DNA from: a virus
Lineage: Duplodnaviria > Heunggongvirae > Uroviricota > Caudoviricetes
IMG/VR virus record: IMGVR_UViG_2537561978_000007
Direction: 5' to 3' (one strand)
DNA: 37,256 nucleotides
Shown here: positions 19,716 through 28,622 of the stretch, piece by piece
How positions within the stretch are numbered: the stretch's first letter is position 1
How the letters are laid out: every line of letters starts with the position of its first letter
Notes under the pieces: model-generated
The model's database searches: none
What the model saw: only the letters and a program-made list of their open reading frames with translations
Told to the model about the DNA's origin: nothing
Program-made: the position numbers and the translations under genes

Positions 19716-20089
19716 GCTGCTACCTGTTGCGCCATCTGATTACGGGTGATCCAGAAGGCAATAACGGTCAGTAGATAAAACACCAGGGTAATAGCCCACC
19801 CCGTCCAGGCGAGACTTACAACAATCAGCAATCGCATCACCCAACTGGTAAATACGTTTTCTTTTCGGGTAATTGTCTTCAGCAAAGATGCCCTTAACTC
19901 CTGCCAGAGCGGTCCATTCTTAATTAACGCAGCCAGTGCTACCGGAATTACCGCCCATGTCAGCAAACAGGCTACCCAAACGCCGGACGCTGCCAGTACC
20001 GGAAAAATCCCCTGCGGATACACCATTGCTGCGATTAACAACGCCATCCATAACATCAGAAACAGCCCGCTGATTAATTTCTTTTTCAT
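19712..20089 (-). CDS. lysA: Lysis regulatory membrane protein LysA
   Basis: Multi-TM protein from MKKKLISGLFL...; start at internal Met adjacent to K stop. Confidence 0.7.
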   Translation of the reverse strand: MKKKLISGLFLMLWMALLIAAMVYPQGIFPVLAASGVWVACLLTWAVIPVALAALIKNGPLWQELRASLLKTITRKENVFTSWVMRLLIVVSLAWTGWAITLVFYLLTVIAFWITRNQMAQQVAA

Positions 20090-20090
20090 T

Positions 20091-20603
20091 TCAGTTTGCT
20101 CCCTGTAAACACCAGGCCATCTCCCGCGCACGGCGGTTATCCAGCCCCTGATTAAACACACCTTTCACATAAACCCAGCGCGGCAACTGTCGGCACGCAT
20201 CCGCCCAGCGCCGCTGATTGAGTAATTTCACCAGTGTTGAACTGCAGGCATTGTCCGTTCCCACGTTGAAGGCAAACGACACCGTAGCGTCATATACCTT
20301 CTGCGGCGGCTGTTGCTTCACACACCTTTCCAGCGCCCGCTCCACACGCAGCACGTTGGAGATCAGCCCTTTTGCTGCCTGTCGCTCCGTAATGGTTTTG
20401 CCGGGAATGACGCCCGACGTATTACCAATGCCGTCGGTCCAGACGCCCGCGCTGCACTGATACGGCTGCAGACGACAGCCTTCGTAATCGGCAATCAGTT
20501 TCAGCCCCTCTACGGAGGTGTGAAGCTGCTGAAAACCCGGCAGCGTGGCAGCAATAGCCAGCACGGCCCCGACAAGGCAGCGTTTAACGATTGATGGATT
20601 CAT
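20091..20603 (-). CDS. K: Endolysin (phage lysozyme, gpK-like)
   Basis: 170 aa; N-terminal hydrophobic segment, then lysozyme-like domain (YQCSAGVWTDGIGNT...). Confidence 0.85.
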   Translation of the reverse strand: MNPSIVKRCLVGAVLAIAATLPGFQQLHTSVEGLKLIADYEGCRLQPYQCSAGVWTDGIGNTSGVIPGKTITERQAAKGLISNVLRVERALERCVKQQPPQKVYDATVSFAFNVGTDNACSSTLVKLLNQRRWADACRQLPRWVYVKGVFNQGLDNRRAREMAWCLQGAN

Positions 20604-20799
20604 AGTCCTCCCGCGAGATCTGCCCGTCGCGCAGAAGCTGGTAGGCTTTGTGTTTGTAGTACCAGTTGATAGCCAGCATCAGCACACCAATCATCAGGCC
20701 GCCCAGCGTTGAGGCATCCTTGATGGACAAATCGCCCAGCCAGGCCAGCACAACGGCGATGCAGTACGTGATAAAGGCGCTGATTCGCTCAAGCGTCAT
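20584..20799 (-). CDS. Putative holin
   Basis: 71 aa with two TM segments, immediately upstream of the endolysin in the lysis cassette (P2 Y position). Confidence 0.6.
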   Translation of the reverse strand: MTLERISAFITYCIAVVLAWLGDLSIKDASTLGGLMIGVLMLAINWYYKHKAYQLLRDGQISREDYESINR

Positions 20800-20802
20800 A
20801 AT

Positions 20803-21006
20803 TCAGTCCCATAGCTGGACGGTCTGCACGGTGGTGGTAGTCGGAATGTCCGGCAGCTCCACCTGCAGCCCGTGAGGTAAAAAGGGGCCGTATTCGGCAA
20901 GCCCCGGATTTGCCTTCAGTACCTGCTCCGTGACACCCTGCGTGCGCCCGTAATGACGCCAGCAAAGCGCGTCCACCGTGTCATACTGATGCGCACGCAC
21001 TTTCAT
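20803..21006 (-). CDS. X: Tail protein X
   Basis: 67 aa; P2 gpX-like (LysM-like). Confidence 0.8.
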   Translation of the reverse strand: MKVRAHQYDTVDALCWRHYGRTQGVTEQVLKANPGLAEYGPFLPHGLQVELPDIPTTTTVQTVQLWD

Positions 21007-21470
21007 CAGATAAGCTCCACTGTGCAGTGCGGCGCGTCCTGTACCCGGCTGATGGCCCAGCGGGCGTCACGCCATAAATCACCGCTGGCTTCCGCCAGTT
21101 CCTCGCCTCGCTTCACACCAGACGCCGTGGCGTCATAGTCCTGGTATCGTTCGTTGAGCATGGCGCGGGCCCAGCAGTAAACCGCGTTGAAATAGTGCTG
21201 AATGCGCTCACTTTTCCCGTCCAGATGTTCTGCCGGAACCTCTGCCAGCGAGGCATATCCCAGCATCTGCTGGCGTCTGCGAAACTCATACAGCTCTGCG
21301 TTGACCTCCGAAATTGCCGACAGCGCAACCTGCTTTAAACGCGGCTGCGTCACCGTGCCGTCAGTGCGCATGACACTGCGAAACTCCGACAAGTCCACAT
21401 CAGGCCAGAACGGCGTATTCCTGATGATTTCCGCCTGTTCCGGTGCCTGTTCTGGCGCAACAAACTTCAT
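21006..21470 (-). CDS. L: Head completion/stabilisation protein L
   Basis: P2 gpL-like from MKFVAPEQ...; internal Met start. Confidence 0.8.
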   Translation of the reverse strand: MKFVAPEQAPEQAEIIRNTPFWPDVDLSEFRSVMRTDGTVTQPRLKQVALSAISEVNAELYEFRRRQQMLGYASLAEVPAEHLDGKSERIQHYFNAVYCWARAMLNERYQDYDATASGVKRGEELAEASGDLWRDARWAISRVQDAPHCTVELI

Positions 21471-21565
21471 GCTGCTTTCTCCTGAAATAGAGGGCGGTGG
21501 ACGGGGTTTTGATGTGGCGGTGCCTTTCGCCACCCCGTGCCGCCCGTGCGCGGGGGCACGTTCTG

Positions 21566-22216
21566 TCAGCGGCTGTCATTGCGCAGTCTGCGCTCCAGCT
21601 GCTGTTTGTCTTTTTTCACGCCACAGCGGGGATCGAGCTGTAACGCATGGTTGAGATGATTAAGGGCGGAAGCCGGATTGCTTTCACTCAGGACAGCGCC
21701 AATCGCTTTATGCAGACGCGCCCGTGACTGGTCCGGCATATCCAGACCGTCTGTCAGCTCCAGCGTCTGCAACAACAGATCGGCATCAAAGCCGGTGGCG
21801 GCAAGCATTGCGCTCTGCGCGGCGTCTGCCATTTCCTCTGCCAGCACGGTCTGCACGTTGCGGTTACCCAGCGGCATCACCCAGCCATGACGCAGGGCAT
21901 GACGCCCGATCTCCAGCGCTCCGGCATAATCTCCGGCATCAATGCGCCACAGCATCACGTACATCAGCACGTCATCCTGTTGAGCGCCTCCGGCAGCCAG
22001 GACACCCTCTGCCCAGGCGGCGTACTTCGGCAGCAGCTCCACCTTGATTTCCGCTTTTTTGACCGTGGACTGAACGCCCTTGAGACGGCGGCGGTCTTCC
22101 GCCAGTTGCAGCAGCATCAGGTCATGGCCCGATGCGTGGCGAACACTGCCGCCCTCGCGGGCGGCCTGTTCAGCCTGAACGCGCAGGCGATGCTGCCGTG
22201 CGGGACTCAGGTTCAT
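21566..22216 (-). CDS. M: Terminase endonuclease (small) subunit M
   Basis: 216 aa; P2 gpM-like. Confidence 0.85.
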   Translation of the reverse strand: MNLSPARQHRLRVQAEQAAREGGSVRHASGHDLMLLQLAEDRRRLKGVQSTVKKAEIKVELLPKYAAWAEGVLAAGGAQQDDVLMYVMLWRIDAGDYAGALEIGRHALRHGWVMPLGNRNVQTVLAEEMADAAQSAMLAATGFDADLLLQTLELTDGLDMPDQSRARLHKAIGAVLSESNPASALNHLNHALQLDPRCGVKKDKQQLERRLRNDSR

Positions 22217-22219
22217 GGA

Positions 22220-23278
22220 TTACGCTCCGGTTTCGGCTGCGGCGGCGCTGAAATCACCAATCTGGATGTTTTCCACCAGTGCGGCGCAGCGGTAGTCCTC
22301 AACCACATAGGCTTCGTTAACGGATTCAAAGTTTTCAATCCGGTCACGTTTCGGGTTGTCGATAACTGAACGGCGGCGGGTGTCTTCCTGCCAGTAGATG
22401 GACAGGTTATCCAGACGGGTGATCAGCAGCGCATTCGGCGGGAAGAACGGCGCACGCACGGCCTGCAGACCGCCCATGCGTTTCTGACTGATAATCATAT
22501 CGGCTGCCAATTTTTCACTGTTTTCCTGCTCTTTGTTGACCAGCGGGAAATACTTGTCAGACAGCAGTTCACGACCGCAAATCACCACCAGATCGTCATC
22601 GTCCTGGTAGACCACGTCGATAAGCTCATTGACCGCATCCATCACCACAGCGTCCAAGTTGGCATATTCGCCCCCTTTACCGACTTTCACCGCACCCGGT
22701 GTGGTTTCGCCGCCCGTGGTGGTGCTGCCCATGACGTGATCCGGTGCATCCTCACGGATTTTCTGCAGCCAGCCTTTGTTCACATCCTGCAGCAGCGGGT
22801 TTTCACTACGGTTGGAGGTTTTCGCACGCTTCACGCCGTTAAAGCCGATCATGATGCGGTCCAGTGCCTGACGTTTCACGATGGCGTCACGGATACGCAC
22901 CTGGAAATCCTGAAACTTCGCCCACAGGTCCAGCTTCGCGTAGGTCAGCACCGTGTCAAAGTTGGTCTGCTCGCATTTATATTCCACATCGACCATCAGC
23001 GTCGGATCGACAGGTTCACGCTCTTTTGCGGTGGTGTCAGTGGTTCCGGCAATGGTGCTGCCAACACCCAGCCCCAGCAGCTGACCGGACTGCTCAGTCA
23101 CTGGCGTGACGTTAATCAGTGTCAGGAAAGCGGCGGACTGCTGGATCTGGTCTTCCAGCGTCTGCTGCACAGACGGCTCCACGGTGAACTTGCTGGACAG
23201 TTCTTCAACTGCCACACCGTTCAGACGCGCCAGCTGCTGCAGGTAAGCGTTAAAAGCAAAGCGGGTATTCTTCTTCAT
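22220..23278 (-). CDS. N: Major capsid protein N
   Basis: 352 aa; P2 gpN-like. Confidence 0.9.
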   Translation of the reverse strand: MKKNTRFAFNAYLQQLARLNGVAVEELSSKFTVEPSVQQTLEDQIQQSAAFLTLINVTPVTEQSGQLLGLGVGSTIAGTTDTTAKEREPVDPTLMVDVEYKCEQTNFDTVLTYAKLDLWAKFQDFQVRIRDAIVKRQALDRIMIGFNGVKRAKTSNRSENPLLQDVNKGWLQKIREDAPDHVMGSTTTGGETTPGAVKVGKGGEYANLDAVVMDAVNELIDVVYQDDDDLVVICGRELLSDKYFPLVNKEQENSEKLAADMIISQKRMGGLQAVRAPFFPPNALLITRLDNLSIYWQEDTRRRSVIDNPKRDRIENFESVNEAYVVEDYRCAALVENIQIGDFSAAAAETGA

Positions 23279-23294
23279 CGGGTTTTGTGCTCCA

Positions 23295-24128
23295 TCAGCA
23301 ATTGGTCAGAGTGTCAGCGGGGGCGTTACCGCCTGTTGCACGCTGGCGGTAGTCCTGGCGACTGTCTTCATGACTCAGCTTGTCCACCAGTTCGTTAAAG
23401 ACGGTTTGCTGTGCCTGCAGGGCAGTCTCCAGCTCAGACAGGCGTTCTTCCTGCTCAGACAGGGATTTTTCGGTGCGTGCGCTCAGGTTCTGCTGCTCAG
23501 TGGCAACCAGCTCCACGGCCTTATGCACATCAGAGAACCGGGCGTCATCGGACTGCTCTTTTTTGGTAAACAGCGCCGTGACACGGGCAAACAGGGACGG
23601 TTTGTCGTCCTGGATTTCTTCCAGTTCGATCACCGTTTCCTCTGCAGCAGTAAAGAGATTGGCAGGATTCTGCTTGCGGTTTGCCAGCGGGTTATGGGCT
23701 GCACTGGCGCTGAATGTCAGCATTTCCGTACCCAGACTGGCAGGGTCATCAGTGGCAGCCAGGCCGACCAGGTAGGCTTTGCCCGTATCAGCGAACTTCG
23801 GGCTGACTTCCATAGAGGTGAATAATTTCTGGCCTTTTTTCACCAGTTCCACCAGGGACTCCGTTGGCTCAACGTCGGCATACAGCGCCATCTTGCCTGC
23901 CAGCGGACCTTCCGTGATTTCTTCAGCAAACAGCGCCGTCACCTTGCCGTAGCGGTTAAAGGTGCTGTCCGGTATATAAGACTTGATGTGCTCAAGGTTA
24001 ATCAGCGCGGTATACACCGCCGGGTTGTAGCTGGCTGCCATCTGTTCCAGCCATTCACGCTGGATTTCGCGTCCGTCGGTGGTGGCACCTTCCACCCCGA
24101 TGCGAAAACGCTTTGCTTTCACTGTCAT
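23295..24128 (-). CDS. O: Capsid scaffolding protein O
   Basis: 277 aa; P2 gpO-like; coiled-coil C-terminus. Confidence 0.85.
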   Translation of the reverse strand: MTVKAKRFRIGVEGATTDGREIQREWLEQMAASYNPAVYTALINLEHIKSYIPDSTFNRYGKVTALFAEEITEGPLAGKMALYADVEPTESLVELVKKGQKLFTSMEVSPKFADTGKAYLVGLAATDDPASLGTEMLTFSASAAHNPLANRKQNPANLFTAAEETVIELEEIQDDKPSLFARVTALFTKKEQSDDARFSDVHKAVELVATEQQNLSARTEKSLSEQEERLSELETALQAQQTVFNELVDKLSHEDSRQDYRQRATGGNAPADTLTNC

Positions 24129-24206
24129 GAGCCGTGCTCCGTTAGAAAAAACTTACTGGAGCCTTATGGTTGCGGTGATGGGGGCAGTGAAACAATGCGC
24201 GGTATT

Positions 24207-24224
24207 TGTACCGACAACCACACA
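24207..24224. promoter_or_regulatory. Candidate Ogr/B-dependent late promoter dyad (TGT-N12-ACA) in the O/P divergent region
   Basis: TGTaccgacaaccacACA between divergent O and P starts; P2 late promoters carry a TGT-N12-ACA element near -55. Confidence 0.3.
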
Positions 24225-24270
24225 AACCGCAGGCGGGGAAAGCCTTCATTCAAGGCTGTAGGTTTGTGCC

Positions 24271-26037
24271 ATGAACACCACACTGACACCCGCAGATCTC
24301 GATCCCCGTCGGCAGGCCATGCTGCTGTACTTTCAGGGATACCGCGTAGCCCGCATTGCTGAAATGCTGGGCGAGAAAGTTGCAACTGTTCACAGCTGGA
24401 AAAAACGCGACAAGTGGGGTGACTATGGGCCGCTGGATCAGATGCAGCTCACCACCGCCGCACGCTACTGCCAGCTCATTATGAAGGAGCACAAAGAAGG
24501 GAAAGATTTCAAAGAGATTGACCTGCTGGCGCGCCAGTCGGAGCGCCATGCGCGGATCGGCAAGTTTAACAATGGCGGCAACGAAGCCGACTTAAACCCT
24601 AACGTCGCCAACCGCAACAAAGGCCCGCGCCGTCAGCCGGAAAAGAACGTTTTCACCGATGAACAGATTGAGAAGCTGGAAGAAATCTTCCATTCCTCCA
24701 TGTTCAACTACCAGCGCCACTGGTGGGAAGCCGGAAAAAACAACCGCATCCGCAACCTGCTGAAGTCACGCCAGATCGGCGCAACCTTTTACTTTGCCCG
24801 TGAAGCCCTGATTGACGCTCTGCTTACCGGGCGTAACCAGATTTTCCTTTCCGCCAGTAAGGCACAGGCCCACGTCTTTAAGCAGTACATCATCGACTTC
24901 GCCAAAGAAGTGGAGGTGGAGCTGAAAGGCGATCCGATGGTGCTTCCTAACGGGGCCACGCTTTACTTCCTAGGCACCAATGCCCGCACGGCCCAGAGTT
25001 ATCACGGCAACCTGTATCTGGATGAATATTTCTGGATACCAAAATTTCAGGAGCTGCGCAAAGTGGCTTCCGGTATGGCTATTCACAAGAAATGGCGACA
25101 GACCTATTTTTCCACGCCATCCAGCCTGACCCACAGTGCTTATCCGTTCTGGTCCGGCGCGTTGTTCAACCGTGGGCGCAACAAAGCCGATAAGGTGGAC
25201 ATCGACCTGTCCCACAGCAATCTGGCCCCCGGCCTGCTGTGCGCAGACGGGCAATACCGCCAGATAGTCACCGTGGAAGATGCGGTACGCGGCGGCTGTA
25301 ACCTGTTCGACCTCGACCAGTTGCGCATGGAGTACAGCCCGGACGAATACCAGAACCTGCTGATGTGCGAGTTCGTTGACGATCTCGCATCTGTGTTCCC
25401 GCTCAGCGAATTGCAGGCGTGCATGGTGGACAGCTGGGAAGTCTGGACCGACTTTCATGCACTGGCGCTGCGCCCGTTTGGCTGGCGCGAAGTGTGGATC
25501 GGTTATGACCCGGCAAAAGGTACGCAGAACGGCGACAGTGCCGGATGCGTGGTGGTGGCTCCGCCAGCCGTGCCGGGCGGTAAGTTCCGTATTCTTGAGC
25601 GTCACCAGTGGCGCGGGATGGACTTCCGCGCCCAGGCGGACGCCATCAAAAAACTGACCGAACAGTACAACGTGACATATATCGGCATCGACTCGACAGG
25701 TGTCGGTCACGGGGTTTATGAGAACGTGAAAGCGTTCTTTCCTGCCGTCCGGGAGTTTGTCTACAACCCCAACGTTAAAAACGCCCTGGTACTCAAGGCC
25801 TACGACATTATCAGCCACCGCCGTCTGGAGTTTGACGCCGGACACACCGACATTGCGCAGTCATTCATGGCAATCCGTCGCGCAACCACCGCCAGCGGCA
25901 ACCGCCCGACCTATGAAGCCAGCCGCAGCGAAGAAGCCAGCCACGCCGATCTGGCCTGGGCAACAATGCACGCACTGTTTAACGAACCACTGCAGGGCGA
26001 GTCCGCCAATACCAGTAATATTGTGGAGATTTTTTGA
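24271..26037 (+). CDS. P: Terminase large (ATPase) subunit P
   Basis: 588 aa; P2 gpP-like. Confidence 0.9.
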   Translation: MNTTLTPADLDPRRQAMLLYFQGYRVARIAEMLGEKVATVHSWKKRDKWGDYGPLDQMQLTTAARYCQLIMKEHKEGKDFKEIDLLARQSERHARIGKFNNGGNEADLNPNVANRNKGPRRQPEKNVFTDEQIEKLEEIFHSSMFNYQRHWWEAGKNNRIRNLLKSRQIGATFYFAREALIDALLTGRNQIFLSASKAQAHVFKQYIIDFAKEVEVELKGDPMVLPNGATLYFLGTNARTAQSYHGNLYLDEYFWIPKFQELRKVASGMAIHKKWRQTYFSTPSSLTHSAYPFWSGALFNRGRNKADKVDIDLSHSNLAPGLLCADGQYRQIVTVEDAVRGGCNLFDLDQLRMEYSPDEYQNLLMCEFVDDLASVFPLSELQACMVDSWEVWTDFHALALRPFGWREVWIGYDPAKGTQNGDSAGCVVVAPPAVPGGKFRILERHQWRGMDFRAQADAIKKLTEQYNVTYIGIDSTGVGHGVYENVKAFFPAVREFVYNPNVKNALVLKAYDIISHRRLEFDAGHTDIAQSFMAIRRATTASGNRPTYEASRSEEASHADLAWATMHALFNEPLQGESANTSNIVEIF

Positions 26038-27062
26038 TGGGAAAGAGTAAGAAGAACCGCGCTGCGTCGACGAACCAGCTCCAGCATAAAAGCCAGACTT
26101 CAGCCGAAGCATTCAGCTTCGGTGATCCCGTTCCTGTTCTGGACCGCCGTGAACTGCTGGACTATGTGGAATGCGTACAGACAGATCGCTGGTATGAGCC
26201 GCCCGTCAGCTTTGACGGACTGGCGCGCACCTTCCGCGCCGCCGTGCATCACAGTTCTCCGATTGCAGTAAAGTGCAACATTCTGACCAGTACCTATATC
26301 CCTCATCCGCTGCTCAGCCAGCAGGCTTTTTCGCGTTTTGTGCAGGACTATCTGGTATTTGGTAACGCCTACCTGGAGAAACGCACGAACCGATTCGGTG
26401 AAGTTATCGCCCTTGATCCTGCGCTGGCAAAATACACCCGACGCGGGTTAGACCTGGATACCTACTGGTTTGTGCAATACGGTATGACAACCCAGCCGTA
26501 TCAGTTCACGAAAGGCAGCATTTTTCATCTGATGGAACCGGACATCAACCAGGAGATCTACGGCCTGCCCGGCTATCTTTCTGCCATTCCGTCAGCCCTG
26601 CTCAATAAGTCCGCCACGCTGTTCCGCCGCAAGTATTACATCAACGGCAGCCATGCAGGCTTCATCATGTATATGACCGATGCCGCGCAGAATCAGGAGG
26701 ATGTGAACAATCTCCGCAACGCGATGAAAAGTGCCAAAGGTCCTGGTAACTTCCGTAACCTGTTTATGTACTCGCCTAACGGTAAAAAGGACGGGCTTCA
26801 GATTATCCCGTTGTCAGAAGTGGCGGCGAAGGATGAGTTCCTGAATATCAAGAACGTGAGCCGGGACGACATGATGGCGGCGCATCGTGTGCCGCCACAA
26901 ATGATGGGGATAATGCCTAATAATGTTGGAGGGTTTGGGGATGTGGAGAAGGCGAGTAAGGTTTTTGTTAGAAATGAACTAATTCCACTCCAAAAAAGAA
27001 TAATGGAAGTTAATGAATGGTTAGGTGAGAAAACTATCCGATTTCAGCATTATGATTTATAA
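26034..27062 (+). CDS. Q: Portal protein Q
   Basis: 342 aa; P2 gpQ-like; 4-bp overlap with P. Confidence 0.9.
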   Translation: MMGKSKKNRAASTNQLQHKSQTSAEAFSFGDPVPVLDRRELLDYVECVQTDRWYEPPVSFDGLARTFRAAVHHSSPIAVKCNILTSTYIPHPLLSQQAFSRFVQDYLVFGNAYLEKRTNRFGEVIALDPALAKYTRRGLDLDTYWFVQYGMTTQPYQFTKGSIFHLMEPDINQEIYGLPGYLSAIPSALLNKSATLFRRKYYINGSHAGFIMYMTDAAQNQEDVNNLRNAMKSAKGPGNFRNLFMYSPNGKKDGLQIIPLSEVAAKDEFLNIKNVSRDDMMAAHRVPPQMMGIMPNNVGGFGDVEKASKVFVRNELIPLQKRIMEVNEWLGEKTIRFQHYDL

Positions 27063-27087
27063 AAAAACGCCCTAAAAGGGCGTTTTC
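27063..27087. terminator. Bidirectional rho-independent terminator between Q and the convergent cargo operon
   Basis: AAAAAAACGCCC-taaaa-GGGCGTTTT; A-tract and T-tract on either side. Confidence 0.6.
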
Positions 27088-27534
27088 CTAAGATTCTGTC
27101 GTTGTCTCTAATGAACACCAAGCATTAATTCCCATTTTTGAGACAGCTATCAACATAATTACTACAGCTGGAGCAATAAATGTTGCTGTTGCCCCCAAAG
27201 AACCCGCAATTGCCGAAGAGATCACCCCTACAAAGTATGTTTTAACATCACCAGTCAGTGCTCCTAAACATTCCCTCTCCTCTGCATATTTATCACCTCC
27301 ACATACAAAAGCCTTAAACTCTAATTTAAACTGCTCAACAAACGCTTTTCTTCCCGGCATTTTTGAATTATCACCGCCAAATTGAGCAACTGAACTTGGG
27401 CCAGATGCAGTTAGCCATAGCTCAAGAGCCTTTTCTTCATCGCCATTTTCGAGAAAATTCCTGACAGATGAAGATTGATACGTTTTTAAAGTGGACAACC
27501 AAGACTCAGCATCTTCATTTGGTATAGCAATCAT
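27088..27534 (-). CDS. Small tail-anchored membrane protein, unknown function (cargo gene 2 of the protease cassette)
   Basis: 148 aa; soluble acidic N-terminus, C-terminal about 40-residue hydrophobic Gly/Ala-rich hairpin (YFVGVISSAIAGSLGATATFIAPAVVIMLIAV); ATGA overlap with upstream protease gene; AT-rich. Confidence 0.6.
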   Translation of the reverse strand: MIAIPNEDAESWLSTLKTYQSSSVRNFLENGDEEKALELWLTASGPSSVAQFGGDNSKMPGRKAFVEQFKLEFKAFVCGGDKYAEERECLGALTGDVKTYFVGVISSAIAGSLGATATFIAPAVVIMLIAVSKMGINAWCSLETTTES

Positions 27535-28178
27535 AACATATCCTTAACATATTCTGCAGAAACCGCATAAGTTGTCTGATGTAGTTCAGCTGGATTAATA
27601 CCTCCAACCAAAACAGAACCTCCAGAATTATTTGCATAAGCGCCAACCAAGACGCCTATTACCGAGTCATTTTTTAAATTAAATACAATCGATCCCGATT
27701 GACCAGGTCTGGTTTGGATATTTATAACGGCATGTTTAGATTGAATATTACTGCTTGAAAGTAAAACTTTTGCACCTATTTTTGCCGTTTGAAATGTCAA
27801 TACTTTTCTATTTTCATTACAATGTGGGAAACCTAAAATACCCACATCTTCACCGACATTAACATCGTCAAGAGTAGCAATTTTTAGGCAAGGTTCATAA
27901 ACAGGTGCATTTTTAATTTTTAACACACATAAGTCTTTTATTGGATCTTCATCAATAACATCAACTCCAATACATTGAAATTTATCAACACTTGTATCCT
28001 GATAACTATTAAAGTTATTTATATTAGATGGAGAAATAACTAAGTTAGAAGAAAACCCATTAATAACATGGCGGGAAGTAATTATTTTATCCTTAGAAAT
28101 AAAAAAACCTGTTCCTAAAAAACTAACCAAACCTGCATTAAGCACGCCAACAACTACGACATATTCAGGACCAATCAT
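27531..28178 (-). CDS. Trypsin-like (S1/Trypsin_2-type) serine peptidase, cargo gene 1
   Basis: 215 aa from the Met at 28178, with GGAG 6 nt upstream; catalytic-triad contexts GTGFFISKDKIITSRHV (His), DPIKDLCVLKI (Asp), TRPGQSGSIVFN (Ser); AT-rich. Confidence 0.7.
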   Translation of the reverse strand: MIGPEYVVVVGVLNAGLVSFLGTGFFISKDKIITSRHVINGFSSNLVISPSNINNFNSYQDTSVDKFQCIGVDVIDEDPIKDLCVLKIKNAPVYEPCLKIATLDDVNVGEDVGILGFPHCNENRKVLTFQTAKIGAKVLLSSSNIQSKHAVINIQTRPGQSGSIVFNLKNDSVIGVLVGAYANNSGGSVLVGGINPAELHQTTYAVSAEYVKDML

Positions 28179-28261
28179 AACAACTCCATTCTGTAATATG
28201 TTATGGACTCTGACTAAGACAATACTTAACCAAACCGTGAATATCAAGGTGCAAGCGCGCG

Positions 28262-28280
28262 CTCGTATCCCCGCCACGCC
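28262..28280 (-). other. Candidate cos cohesive-end sequence
   Basis: Minus-strand GGCGTGGCGGGGATACGAG; the first 13 nt match the P2/186 cohesive-end start GGCG(A/T)GGCGGGGA as I recall it; GC-rich island between Q-side cargo and the early region. Confidence 0.45.
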
Positions 28281-28622
28281 TGCCCGCTTTATGTAGTGGT
28301 TTTCATGCAGGAGCATGATCTACGCAAAAGCCCGCCAGTTCTGGCGGGCCTTAGCAAAAACGATCCTCAAACGATCATGCAATCTCATGCAGCATAGACA
28401 TGCACAGACGAGTAAAGCGAATCGGACTTTACGCAAGGTGAACTCCTCAGCGGGCATAATCAGTATGTCGGAAGATCTCTAAAAATAAATAATTCGGTTA
28501 ACAGGTATGCTTACAAAAGCATATATTTGATTAAAAATCATGTAAGGGGGAGGATCTCAAACTGAATCGCCACGGGTTTTACAAATTTCGATAGTCTCTC
28601 TAACGTTTCGGCTGAGGTCAAA

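Noticed and set aside
22736-23398. 220-aa plus-strand ORF across N/O
   Set aside because: Antisense to capsid and scaffold genes and spans their intergenic junction; not a plausible gene.
24970-25845. 291-aa minus-strand ORF inside terminase gene P
   Set aside because: Antisense to gpP, no RBS context or recognisable motifs; GC-rich antisense artefact.
28179-28316. N-terminal 46 codons of the ORF-track model for the protease (27531..28316)
   Set aside because: The extension runs across the GC-rich candidate cos sequence and lacks an RBS, whereas the Met at 28178 has GGAG 6 nt upstream and marks the start of the AT-rich protease domain.
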